Assembly: GCA_904378095.1 (NCBI GenBank)
Contig: CAJFHE010000007.1
Coordinates: 5,457-69,456, forward strand
Length of the DNA: 64,000 bases
Direction of reading: 5' to 3'
Origin: an uncultured Clostridia bacterium
GTDB taxonomy: Bacteria > Bacillota > Clostridia > TANB77 > CAG-508
Shown here: positions 46,501 to 56,391 of the stretch, in pieces
Layout: every line of letters starts with the position of its first letter
How positions within the stretch are numbered: the stretch's first letter is position 1
The notes under the pieces: model-generated
Told to the model about the DNA's origin: nothing
Database searches by the model: none
What the model saw: the letters and a program-made list of their open reading frames with translations, nothing else
Made by a program: the position numbers and the translations under genes

Positions 46501-49029
46501 CAAAGAAAAGCATTAGAGGCAGATAAACTTAAATATTACAACGAATATGGGGGTTTCTCGAGCGATGGTACAGAATATCTAATACGTGTAAATAAAGATG
46601 AAAGATTGCCAACAGTATGGTCAAATATAATGGCAAATGATAATTTCGGTACAGTAGTAACAGAAGGTTTAGGCGGATATACTTGGTATAAAAATAGCAG
46701 ATTAAATAGAATAACAGCATGGAATAACAATCAAGTAACAGACGTACCTTCAGAAGTTATTTATTTAGAAGATATGGACAGCAAAAAAGTGTGGTCTGTT
46801 TCTGTAAGTCCTATGCCAGATAATAATGATTATTATATCACCTATGGCTTTGGATACAGCAAATATGGACACACAAGCAATGGGGTATTCCAGAATTTAA
46901 AAATATTTATACCACAAAATGAAAACTGCAAAGTGCAAATTTTACATTTAGAGAATAAAATGGCAAAAAAGAAAAATCTAAAAATAGTATATTATATTAA
47001 GCCAGTGTTGGATGAAGACGAAATTAAATCAAATGGATATATAGAATTAAAATGTAACAGTAGCACAAATGTAATCACACTGCAAAATCAGAGCAAAGAA
47101 ATTAAAGACAGAATGATTACCTATATCACTTGTAGTGAAAAAATAGCTTCATATACAGGTAGTAAAATGGCATTTATAGGAAGAGGAACAATAAAAAATC
47201 CAGAAGGAATTAAAAAATTAGAATTAGATAGAGCAAATACTTTAGGCAAAGATGAAGTACTTGCAGTAGAGTTTAAAATTAGTTTAGAAGCATTTGAAAA
47301 TAAAGATATAGTAATTACATTAGGAGCAGACGAAAACGCGTTAAACCTTCAAGACGTGGCATATAAATACGCAAATGTAAATAATGCAGTTAGTGAATAT
47401 GAAAACACAAAACGATATTGGAGAGAGCTACTTAGCAACATAAAAGTAGAAACACCAGTGGAATCCATGAATATAATGCTAAATGGCTGGCTCTTGTATC
47501 AAACACTTTGCTCTAGAATGCTAGCACGAAGCGGATATTATCAATCCGGTGGTGCATATGGCTTTAGAGACCAACTTCAAGATTGTATAGCATTAAAATA
47601 TATTTCACCAGAATTCTTAAAAAGGCAGATAATAAGGCATAGTAAACATCAATTTATAGAAGGAGATGTAGAGCATTGGTGGCATGAAGAAACCGGCAGA
47701 GGAATTCGTACCAGATTTTCGGATGACTTGCTTTGGCTCCCATACATGGTAGCAGAATATATTAACTTTACTGGAGACCATAGCATTTTAGATGAAGAAA
47801 CCAGCTATGTAAAAGGTGCCCCACTAGCAGAAGGCGAAGATGAAAGATACGACTTGTTTTTGGGGACGGAGGGAAAAAACAAGATTTACGTACATTGCAT
47901 AAAGGCAATTGAAAAATCACTAAATTTTGGCGAGAACGGCTTACCTAAAATAGGCTCTGGAGACTGGAATGACGGATTCAGCACAGTTGGAAATAAAGGA
48001 AAGGGAGAAAGTGTATGGCTAGGATTTTTCCAATACAAGGTGTTATCAGAATTTAGCAAAATTTGTGAGTATTATGGGGAGAAATTAGGAAGAGAAAAAC
48101 AAGCAGTAAATAATGATAATCTTAATAGTTCTAGTGAAATAAACCATGAGACAGAAACAAAAAGAGCTGAGAGATACAGAAAAATAATGGAAAATCTAAG
48201 GAAAGCACTAAATACAAATGCTTGGGATGGCAGATGGTATAAAAGAGCCTTCATGGATGATGGAAATGAATTAGGAAGCATACAAAATGAAGAATGCAGA
48301 ATTGACAGCATTGCACAAAGTTGGGCAACTATTTCTGGTGCAGGAGATAATGATAAAAAATATATTTCTATGGAATCTTTGGAAAAACATCTGATTGACA
48401 GAGAAGCAGGCATTATAAAATTGCTTGACCCACCATTTGAAAAAAGCAAGTTAGAGCCAGGATATATTAAGGCATATATACCAGGAACAAGAGAAAATGG
48501 AGGGCAGTACACCCACGGGGCAATTTGGGCAATTATTGCAGAAGCAATGCTTGGGTTTGGAGATAAGGCAACAGAATATTTTAGAATGATAAATCCAATT
48601 GAGCATTCAAGGACCAAGGAAGAAGCTAAAAAATATAAAGTAGAGCCATATGTAATAGCTGCAGATATTTATGGAGGAGAATTAGCAGGACGCGGAGGCT
48701 GGACATGGTACACAGGCTCTAGCAGTTGGATGTACGAAGCGGGAATACATTACATCTTAGGACTAAAAGTTGAAGGTAATGTATTAAAAATAGAGCCATG
48801 TATTCCAGTAAATTGGAATGAATATAGCATTAGATATAAATTTGGAAATAGCATATACAATATAAAAGTGGTTAATAAAAGTGGCAAAGTGAAAGAAGTA
48901 GATAGAGTTTTAATAGACGGAAAAGATACAAGCAAAGAAGAAATATATATAGGCAATCGAAAGCTAGAAAAGAATGAAATTTTGCTAAATAACAATGGGG
49001 GAATCTACTCGGTAGAGGCTCAAATTTGA
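40575..49029 (+). pseudogene. cyclic beta-1,2-glucan synthase-like giant protein (GT84-like transferase + TM region + GH94 phosphorylase) split by a 1-nt frameshift near 42547-42557
   Basis: ORF1 40575-42560 (LDADTE). ORF2's frame is open from 42547 and continues (K)PAGRSKFTKIYSGSAGTDSYTNAISDVYQDNFEEGIYTGKGIYD, SHDLLEG, RLSRWTRGDWQ, then GH94 motifs YGFRDQLQD, SGDWNDG, ENGGQYTHGAIW. Confidence 0.75.
47851..47887 (+). repeat. F1 element variant translated in-frame inside the GH94 domain (DLFLGTEGKNKIY)
   Basis: GACTTGTTTTTGGGGACGGAGGGAAAAAACAAGATTT, read in a different frame from the PBP copies. Confidence 0.8.
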
Positions 49030-49093
49030 TTTTTAGATTATAAAGTGGTATAATTATTATATAAAAATTTTTTAAAAGAGAGGGTAAATCATT

Positions 49094-49369
49094 ATGAAAA
49101 ACAACAGCATGTCCAAATTCCTGATCGAGCGGTTAATGGGGATTTCCATTATTGCTTTAGGCGCTTACTTGATTGTGTGCTATCTTTTGAAAGTTTTACC
49201 TTTTGGTCTCACATTTAGTCCTGCTAGTGACAACTTGTTTTGTCAAGCAATCTGGATTATCTGGGGCTGGGGTGGACTGGTAATTGCTGGTGCTACACTG
49301 GTAGGAGGCTTTTCCCTTCTATTTAAGGAAGCGCGCAAGCAGCCCGAAAGAAAGTACACAAGAAGATGA
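49094..49369 (+). CDS. small membrane protein on a GC-rich mini-cassette
   Basis: 91 aa with 2-3 TMs. Codons such as CTG ATC GAG CGG are atypical for this window. Followed by a hairpin plus T-run at about 49374-49400. Confidence 0.5.
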   Translation: MKNNSMSKFLIERLMGISIIALGAYLIVCYLLKVLPFGLTFSPASDNLFCQAIWIIWGWGGLVIAGATLVGGFSLLFKEARKQPERKYTRR

Positions 49370-49457
49370 GCGTATGGAGTCACTTGGTAAGTGGCTCTAT
49401 TTTTTTGCTTGGAAATTCAAAAAGTACTTGTATAATTTGACGAAATGTGATATAAAT

Positions 49458-50261
49458 ATGGCAAAAGTTAATAAGAAAGGTGAATTTTTTGTGGAAGATA
49501 ATAAAGTAGAAGAAGCAAAAAAAACAATATTAATTGTTGATGATGAAAAATCTATTGTTGATATCATTATATATAATTTGGCAAAAGAAGGTTATAAAAC
49601 AATAGAAGCATATGATGGGGAAACGGCAATAAATATGGCCTTTGAGCAAAAACCAGATTTGATTTTATTGGACATAATGCTTCCTAAAGTAGATGGACTT
49701 ACTGTGTGTAAACGTGTGAAAAACTCTTTAAATATACCAATTATTATGATATCTGCAAAAGGTGAAGAAATTGATAAAATACTCGGATTAGAGTTAGGTG
49801 CAGATGACTATATAACAAAGCCATTTAGTGTTAGAGAGCTAGTCGCAAGAGTTAAAGCTAATTTAAGAAAGGCTGAAGTTAATAATCAAAAAGATGCAAT
49901 ATCAAACAATAATCAAAATACTAGTGCTCATTCTGGAGATAAAGTAATCTCTGTTGGAGAATTATATATAAATTTAGATAAATTTGAAGTAAGAGTAAGA
50001 AATAAGCCAATAGATTTGACATTAAGAGAGTTTGAAGTATTAAGATATTTAGCAAATCAACCAGGACAAGTAGTTACTAGAGAAGATTTACTAGAAAAAG
50101 TCTGGGGTTATGAATATTATGGTGATATTAGAACAGTAGATGTTACAATTAGAAGAATAAGAGAAAAAATAGAGCAAGATACATCAAGTCCTAAATTATT
50201 AATTACTAAAAGAGGAGTAGGATATTATTTATCATCAAAGGAAAAGGAGAATAATGGTTAG
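49458..50261 (+). CDS. OmpR-family response regulator (start uncertain: ATG 49458 or GTG 49491)
   Basis: ILIVDDEKS...DLILLDIMLPKVDG...KP receiver, with a winged-helix output domain (RTVDVTIRRIREKI). GGTGA RBS lies before GTG 49491. Confidence 0.85.
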   Translation: MAKVNKKGEFFVEDNKVEEAKKTILIVDDEKSIVDIIIYNLAKEGYKTIEAYDGETAINMAFEQKPDLILLDIMLPKVDGLTVCKRVKNSLNIPIIMISAKGEEIDKILGLELGADDYITKPFSVRELVARVKANLRKAEVNNQKDAISNNNQNTSAHSGDKVISVGELYINLDKFEVRVRNKPIDLTLREFEVLRYLANQPGQVVTREDLLEKVWGYEYYGDIRTVDVTIRRIREKIEQDTSSPKLLITKRGVGYYLSSKEKENNG

Positions 50262-50284
50262 CAATTAATAATTGCTAACCATTA
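50252..50284. other. perfect 33-bp palindrome spanning the response regulator stop codon
   Basis: TAATGGTTAGCAATTA-A-TAATTGCTAACCATTA. Confidence 0.9.
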
Positions 50285-50293
50285 AAAGTAGAT

Positions 50294-51727
50294 ATGAAAA
50301 AGAATGTAAATTTAAAAATAGTAATAATATTTTTTATACTTGGGATAATTTTAATTGCCGGCTTAGGAGCTTGCTATATTATAATGTTAAATCAACTTGA
50401 GGAGATAGGTGCTATTCAAGAAAATGTAGAGCTTATAGAAAGCATAAGAAATCAAGTATCACAAATCAAATTAATAGTTATAATTTCAATAGTAATGTAT
50501 ACAATTATTTCTATATTAATTGGATACTTTGTCGTAAAAGCAGTTGTGTCTCCTATGAAAAGGCTAATAAAAAGTGCAGAAAAAATTGCTTCTGGCGAAA
50601 ACGTAGAAGTAAATCAAAATGCTCAGAATAATGGAGAGGTTGCAGACTTAGAAAATGCCTTTAGCATAATGACAAATGAATTAAAGCAAAAATTAAATGA
50701 AGTAAATAGGCAAAAAAAACAGATAGAGACCATCCTTTTGCACATGACAGATGGTATAATTGCATTTGACATGAATGGAGATATTATACATATAAATCCT
50801 GCAGCAAAGCAATTATTAGGAATTAGTGACAGAGACAATTCTTTTGATAAAATATTTAAAAAGCTTAATATAGATATTAACATAGAGAAAATAATATATT
50901 TGGAAAACTGGACTTCATCAGAGCAGAGGAAAAATGTTGGTGACAAGTATATAAATATATTATTTGCTCCATTTCAAGATGAAAATGATAGACCAGCAGG
51001 AGTAATTGCACTTATACAAGATATAACAGAGCATGTAAAACTAGATAATATGAGAAAAGAATTTGTGGCAGATGTGTCGCATGAATTAAAAACTCCAATC
51101 ACTTCAATTATGGGATATGCAGATACCCTATTAGAAGGAGATTATGATGATGAGACTAGAACAAAATTCTTAAGTGTAATTTCAACAGAAGCAAGACGTA
51201 TGGCAAAATTGGTAACTGACTTGCTAACACTTTCAAGATATGATAATAAAAAGATAACATCAGAGATTACAAGTTTTGACTTAGGAGATTTAACAAAGAA
51301 ATGTCTAGAAAAATTCAAGTTTGAAATAGAAAAAAAGGAGCAGAGTGTGGAATGCTTTGTTACAGCAAGTGTACCACCAGTATATGCAGACAAGTATGGA
51401 ATAGAAAGAGTTGTTCTTAATATTTTATCGAATGCAATTAAATATACACCTGAGCATGGCACAATAAAGGTATATGTTGGATTTGTATATAATGACGCAT
51501 ATATAAAAGTAATTGATAATGGAATAGGAATTCCAGAAGAAGATTTAGATAGAATTTTCGAAAGATTCTATAGAGTAGATAAAGCACGTAGTAGAGAGCT
51601 TGGAGGAACAGGACTAGGCTTATCAATAGCAAAAGAAATACTAGACCAAAATAAAGGAAGTATAGACATTAAGAGCGAAGTGGGCAAGGGAACAGAAGTA
51701 GTAATAAGAATTCCAACAAAAAAATAA
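50294..51727 (+). CDS. sensor histidine kinase (TM-HAMP-PAS-HisKA-HATPase)
   Basis: H-box SHELKTPITSI, DNGIGIP, GGTGLGLSI. Confidence 0.85.
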   Translation: MKKNVNLKIVIIFFILGIILIAGLGACYIIMLNQLEEIGAIQENVELIESIRNQVSQIKLIVIISIVMYTIISILIGYFVVKAVVSPMKRLIKSAEKIASGENVEVNQNAQNNGEVADLENAFSIMTNELKQKLNEVNRQKKQIETILLHMTDGIIAFDMNGDIIHINPAAKQLLGISDRDNSFDKIFKKLNIDINIEKIIYLENWTSSEQRKNVGDKYINILFAPFQDENDRPAGVIALIQDITEHVKLDNMRKEFVADVSHELKTPITSIMGYADTLLEGDYDDETRTKFLSVISTEARRMAKLVTDLLTLSRYDNKKITSEITSFDLGDLTKKCLEKFKFEIEKKEQSVECFVTASVPPVYADKYGIERVVLNILSNAIKYTPEHGTIKVYVGFVYNDAYIKVIDNGIGIPEEDLDRIFERFYRVDKARSRELGGTGLGLSIAKEILDQNKGSIDIKSEVGKGTEVVIRIPTKK

Positions 51728-51859
51728 TTCTAATTGAGGACAGGCACCATTTAGTAAAATTTTCTAAATGGTATCTGTCCTCAATTAGCAGTTTTGCCTT
51801 GACGAGAAGCAAATAAAGTTATATACTGTACGTATCAAAAGAAAAAGGAGGTTTTGATA

Positions 51860-52438
51860 ATGAATAGCATGATAGAAATTAGATGGCATGGTAGAGGTGG
51901 ACAAGGTGCAAAAACAGCATCATTGTTACTTGCAGATGCTGCATTTAATACTGGCAAATATATTCAAGGTTTTCCAGAGTATGGCCCAGAAAGAATGGGA
52001 GCGCCTATAACTGCATATAACAGAATAAGCGATACACCAATAAGAATACATAGCAATATTTATGAGCCAGATTATGTAGTTGTTGTAGATGATACTTTAC
52101 TAGAAAGTGTTGATGTTACAGCAGGCCTTAAGCCAGAAGGAGCAATTGTAATAAATACAACAAAAGATGGAGAACATTTAAAAAAATTATTGAAAGGATA
52201 TACAGGAAAAATATATACAATTGATGCAAGAAAAGTATCTATGGAAACTTTAGGCAAATATTTTCCAAACACACCAATGCTTGCAGCAATAGTAAAAGTT
52301 AGCGGAATAATGTCAGAAGATGATTTTGTTAAAGATATGGAAGGCTCTTTTAAACATAAATTTGCTAAAAAGCCAGAAGTAATTGATGGAAATATGAAGG
52401 CTTTAAAATTAGCATTAACTGAGGTAAAACAAGTTTAA
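51860..52438 (+). CDS. 2-oxoacid (pyruvate/ketoisovalerate):ferredoxin oxidoreductase gamma subunit
   Basis: IRWHGRGGQGAKTAS... AAGGAGG lies before ATG 51860. Confidence 0.8.
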   Translation: MNSMIEIRWHGRGGQGAKTASLLLADAAFNTGKYIQGFPEYGPERMGAPITAYNRISDTPIRIHSNIYEPDYVVVVDDTLLESVDVTAGLKPEGAIVINTTKDGEHLKKLLKGYTGKIYTIDARKVSMETLGKYFPNTPMLAAIVKVSGIMSEDDFVKDMEGSFKHKFAKKPEVIDGNMKALKLALTEVKQV

Positions 52439-52518
52439 TAGTGCATAAAAAAGAATCGTAAATTTTAAAGTGAATGTATAATAAATAGTTGACTTATTCT
52501 AAAAAGGAGGGAAAAAAC

Positions 52519-52818
52519 ATGACATATATAGACAAAAACACGCCAGCAAGTGAGATGACTATCGGCGGAAATATATATGATGCTGGAAATGCAAGAGAGT
52601 TTAAAACAGGAGATTGGAGAAGCGTAAAACCTGTATATATACCAGAAAAATGTATTCAATGTGGTTTATGTTTCCCAGTTTGCCCAGAAGACGCGATACC
52701 AGTAGGAAAAGACCAGAAGAGAGCAGATTTTAATTACGATTATTGTAAAGGATGCGGAGTTTGCGCAAAGGTTTGTCCTTTTGGGGCTATTACTATGCAT
52801 GTCGAAGGCGAAAAATAA
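52519..52818 (+). CDS. 2-oxoacid:ferredoxin oxidoreductase delta subunit (2x[4Fe-4S])
   Basis: CIQCGLCFPVCP and CKGCGVCAKVCP. Confidence 0.8.
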   Translation: MTYIDKNTPASEMTIGGNIYDAGNAREFKTGDWRSVKPVYIPEKCIQCGLCFPVCPEDAIPVGKDQKRADFNYDYCKGCGVCAKVCPFGAITMHVEGEK

Positions 52819-52870
52819 ACAATCATTATAAACGTCGTATTACGTTGTCGACCTTCATTAAAAATATCCT

Positions 52871-52968
52871 CTGGCGTAACAAGAGTACGCCTCCGGTATT
52901 TTTAATTCGGTCTCCTAGTCTGGCGTAACAAGAGTACGCCTCCGGTATTTTTAATTCGGTCTCCTAGT
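52871..52968 (+). repeat. perfect 49-bp tandem duplication in the delta-alpha intergenic region
   Basis: CTGGCGTAACAAGAGTACGCCTCCGGTATTTTTAATTCGGTCTCCTAGT occurs twice. Each unit contains the GGCGTA-N7-TACGCC hairpin. Confidence 0.9.
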
Positions 52969-53025
52969 ACTACTCGTTTCTAATGATTGTTAGGAAAGAA
53001 AATTTATAAAGGGAGGAATAAATTA

Positions 53026-54210
53026 ATGGGAATTAGAGAGCGTTTAAGCGGAAATGAAGCAGCAGCAACAGCTATGAAGCAAATTAATCCAGATGTTGTA
53101 GCAGCATTTCCAATAACACCATCAACAGAAATTCCACAATATTTTTCAACATTTGTGGATAACGGCATGGTAGACACAGAGTTTGTTGCGGTTGAGAGCG
53201 AGCATAGTGCAATGAGTGCATGTATCGGAGCAGAAGCAGCAGGAGCTAGAGCTATGACAGCTACATCAGCAAACGGACTATCTTTTATGTGGGAGATGAT
53301 ATATATTGCTTCAAGTATGAGACTACCTATAGTTATGTCTCTAGTAAACAGAGCAGTATCAGGACCACTAAATATTCATAATGACCATTCAGATGCAATG
53401 GGTGTAAGAGATGCAGGTTGGATTATGTTATTTTCTGAAACAAATCAGGAAGCATATGACAACTTACTAATGGCACATAGAATTGCTGAAAATGAGAAGG
53501 TATTATTACCATTAATGGTATGCCAAGATGGATTTATAACATCACATTCTATTGAGAATATAGAGCTTTTGGAAGATGAAAAAGTAAAAGAATTTGTTGG
53601 AGAATATCATCCAAAACATTATTTGCTAAATAAGAAAGAGCCAATTGCAATGGGACCAATGGATTTACAATCATTCTTATTTGAGCATAAATATCAACAA
53701 GCAGAAGCAATGTGCAACGCAAAACAAGTAATCCTAGACGTAGCAAAAGATTTTGAAAAAATGACAGGAAGAAAATATGGATTATTTGAAGAGTACAAAT
53801 TAGAAGATGCAGAAATTGCAATAGTTTGTATGAATTCAACAGCAGGAACTACAAAAGAAGTTGTAGATTCTTTAAGAGAAAAGGGAGTAAAAGCAGGTCT
53901 ATTAAAAATCCGTGTATTTAGACCATTCCCAGCAGAAGAAATTGCAAAAGCACTTTCTCATGTAAAGGCAGTTGCAGTTCTAGATAAAGCTGATTCTTTA
54001 AATGGAGTTGGTGGTGCATTATTTACAGATGTTACATCTGGAATGCAAGTAAATGGTGTAACTGTACCTACTTCAAGCTATGTGTATGGTATAGGCGGAA
54101 GAGATACAACCACAAAAGAAATTGAATCAGTATTTAAAGATTTAATGGAAGACAGTAAAAAAGCTAAAATAGAAAATCCTTACAGATACTTAGGATTAAG
54201 AAAGGAGTAG
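53026..54210 (+). CDS. 2-oxoacid:ferredoxin oxidoreductase alpha subunit
   Basis: Typical N-terminus GNEAAA..AM.Q..PDVVAAFPITPSTEI. GGGAGG RBS. Confidence 0.85.
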   Translation: MGIRERLSGNEAAATAMKQINPDVVAAFPITPSTEIPQYFSTFVDNGMVDTEFVAVESEHSAMSACIGAEAAGARAMTATSANGLSFMWEMIYIASSMRLPIVMSLVNRAVSGPLNIHNDHSDAMGVRDAGWIMLFSETNQEAYDNLLMAHRIAENEKVLLPLMVCQDGFITSHSIENIELLEDEKVKEFVGEYHPKHYLLNKKEPIAMGPMDLQSFLFEHKYQQAEAMCNAKQVILDVAKDFEKMTGRKYGLFEEYKLEDAEIAIVCMNSTAGTTKEVVDSLREKGVKAGLLKIRVFRPFPAEEIAKALSHVKAVAVLDKADSLNGVGGALFTDVTSGMQVNGVTVPTSSYVYGIGGRDTTTKEIESVFKDLMEDSKKAKIENPYRYLGLRKE

Positions 54211-54216
54211 AGTAAA

Positions 54217-55176
54217 ATGGCATATAATTTAAAAGAAGTAGTGGCAGAAAAGCCATCAAGATTTACATCAGGACATAGAATGTGTGCAGGATGTGGTGCT
54301 CCACCAGTAGCAAGGATGATTATGAGAGCTTTAAAGCCAGAAGACCATGCAGTTATAGCAAATGCTACAGGATGTATGGAAGTTTCAAGCTTTATATATC
54401 CATATACAGCATGGACAGATTCATATATTCATACAGCATTTGAGTGTACAGCAGCGACTTTATCTGGTGCAGAAGCAGCATATAAATCAATGAAAAAACA
54501 AGGTAAATTACCAGATGATGAGCATACAAAATTTATAGCATTTGGTGGAGATGGTGGAACTTATGACATTGGTATCCAAAGTTTATCTGGTGCAATGGAA
54601 AGAGGTCATGACATGACATATGTATGCTATGATAATGGAGCATACATGAACACAGGTATTCAACGCTCATCTGCAACGCCAAGATTTGCAGATACAACAA
54701 CAAGCCCAGCAGGAAGTGTTATACCTGGTAAAATGCAATCTAGAAAAGACCTAACAGAAATTATGGAAGCACATCATTTACCATATGTTGCTCAAACAGC
54801 AGCTTATATGAATTTTAAAGATTTATATGAAAAAGCAGAAAAAGCAATTTATACAGAGGGACCAACATTTTTAAATGTACTTGCTCCATGCCCAAGAGGA
54901 TGGGGATATCCAACAGAAGATTTAATGACAATAAACAAACTAGCTGTAGAAACTTGTTATTGGCCATTATACGAAATAGAGAATGGAAAATATAAAATAA
55001 ATTATAAACCAGCTAAAAAGCTTCCAGTAGAAGAATTTTTGAAACCACAAAGACGTTTTAAACATCTATTCAAACCAGGAAATGAATGGATGATAGAAGA
55101 ATTCCAAAAAGAAGTAGACAAGAGATGGGAAGCATTGTTAAAATTAGAAGAAATGAGTAATAACGAAGAAAAATAA
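54217..55176 (+). CDS. 2-oxoacid:ferredoxin oxidoreductase beta subunit (TPP-binding)
   Basis: GHRMCAGCG and GGDGGTYDIG motifs. Confidence 0.85.
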   Translation: MAYNLKEVVAEKPSRFTSGHRMCAGCGAPPVARMIMRALKPEDHAVIANATGCMEVSSFIYPYTAWTDSYIHTAFECTAATLSGAEAAYKSMKKQGKLPDDEHTKFIAFGGDGGTYDIGIQSLSGAMERGHDMTYVCYDNGAYMNTGIQRSSATPRFADTTTSPAGSVIPGKMQSRKDLTEIMEAHHLPYVAQTAAYMNFKDLYEKAEKAIYTEGPTFLNVLAPCPRGWGYPTEDLMTINKLAVETCYWPLYEIENGKYKINYKPAKKLPVEEFLKPQRRFKHLFKPGNEWMIEEFQKEVDKRWEALLKLEEMSNNEEK

Positions 55177-55186
55177 AGCAAAATAA

Positions 55187-55232
55187 AAATAGGATTAACA
55201 TATAATTAAAATTTATGCTAATCCTATTTTAC
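55187..55232. terminator. bidirectional terminator between convergent genes
   Basis: AAATAGGATTA / TAATCCTATTT stem flanked by an A-run and a T-run. Confidence 0.6.
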
Positions 55233-55252
55233 ATTTTATTATGTATAAGGTA

Positions 55253-55426
55253 TTATTCGTTAGGCTCTGGAGCACTCATAGGGCAAACATTTGCACATGT
55301 TCCACATCCTATACAAACAGATTCATCTATAACATATCTTTCGTCACCTTGAGAGATACATTGCATTGGACAAGCTCCTGCGCAAGCTCCACAGCTAATA
55401 CATTTATCAGATATTTTATATGTCAT
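55253..55426 (-). CDS. clostridial-type 2x[4Fe-4S] ferredoxin
   Basis: MTYKISDKCISCGACAGACP...CIGCGTCANVCP. Confidence 0.85.
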   Translation of the reverse strand: MTYKISDKCISCGACAGACPMQCISQGDERYVIDESVCIGCGTCANVCPMSAPEPNE

Positions 55427-55467
55427 TGAATTCACCTCCTTAAAGATTGAGCAATATAAATATATTA

Positions 55468-56391
55468 TTAAAATATATCGTCATTTTCTGTTTCTCTATC
55501 TTGTTTTTCTAGCTCTTCAAGTTTTTGAAGCTCTACCATGTTTTCTTTTTCTTCATCATCCATTACTTCAGAAACACTATTATCTATTATTTTTAAATCC
55601 TTAGCATTGTATTTTTTATAATAAGTTTCGTCATTATCGTCTTTTAGTTTAACTTTCACAATCTCTTTTAAAGTTTCAATCGAATCTACAACGCCTTCGC
55701 CATCTTCAGTCTTCACAATTGCTCCTATTTTAGGTAAATGACTTAATTTATCTTCATATACATTTTGCTCATATTTTAGGCAACACATAAGCCTTCCACA
55801 GTTTCCTGATATTTTTGAAGGATTCAAAGACATATTTTGCTCTTTTGCCATTTTTATAGAAACTGCTTCGAAGTTATTTAAGAATGAGCAACAGCAAAGC
55901 TCTCTGCCACAGATGCCATTTCCGCCAATTCTTCTAACTTCATCTCTTACACCTATTTGTCTTAACTCAATTCTGGTTTTGAATATAGCTGCAAGCTCTT
56001 TTACTAACTCTCTAAAATCAATCCTGCCATCTGCAGTAAAATAAAATAATAACTTGCTATTATCAAAACTATATTCTACATCAGTAAGATGCATGTCTAA
56101 TTTTAATTTTTTGATTTTCTCTTCGCATATTTTAAAAGCTTCTTCTTCTTTTTTCTTGTTTTCATTATAATGCTTTATATCTTTGTAATTTGCGATACGA
56201 ATAACTTTTTTTAGTGGAGTATTAAGCTCAGTGTTTGGCAATAGTTTCTTTTTAGCAACGACTTCGCCAAGCTCCTCACCTAGAGCGGTTTCCACAATTA
56301 CTTTAGTTTTCGTAGCTATATGTAAATTACCAGGGTCAAAGAAATATACTTTTCCCGGCTTTTTAAATCTAACCCCTATTATAACTTTCAT
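55468..56391 (-). CDS. ricT: PSP1-domain protein YaaT/RicT
   Basis: MKVIIGVRFKKPGKVYFFDPG..., Cys-rich ICGRELCCCSFL...CGRLMCCLKYE. GGGAGG RBS. Lies downstream of holB, as in Bacillus. Confidence 0.8.
   Translation of the reverse strand: MKVIIGVRFKKPGKVYFFDPGNLHIATKTKVIVETALGEELGEVVAKKKLLPNTELNTPLKKVIRIANYKDIKHYNENKKKEEEAFKICEEKIKKLKLDMHLTDVEYSFDNSKLLFYFTADGRIDFRELVKELAAIFKTRIELRQIGVRDEVRRIGGNGICGRELCCCSFLNNFEAVSIKMAKEQNMSLNPSKISGNCGRLMCCLKYEQNVYEDKLSHLPKIGAIVKTEDGEGVVDSIETLKEIVKVKLKDDNDETYYKKYNAKDLKIIDNSVSEVMDDEEKENMVELQKLEELEKQDRETENDDIF

Noticed and set aside
49374-49457. N-terminal extension of the response regulator ORF given in the ORF track
   Set aside because: The extension runs through the hairpin and T-run of the upstream mini-cassette and through a promoter-like TGTATAAT. 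The receiver domain begins later, so the start is more likely ATG 49458 or GTG 49491.
55241-55429. 62-aa plus-strand ORF
   Set aside because: It is antisense to a textbook 2x[4Fe-4S] ferredoxin gene, and its Cys/Thr/Ser-rich product mirrors the ferredoxin codons.
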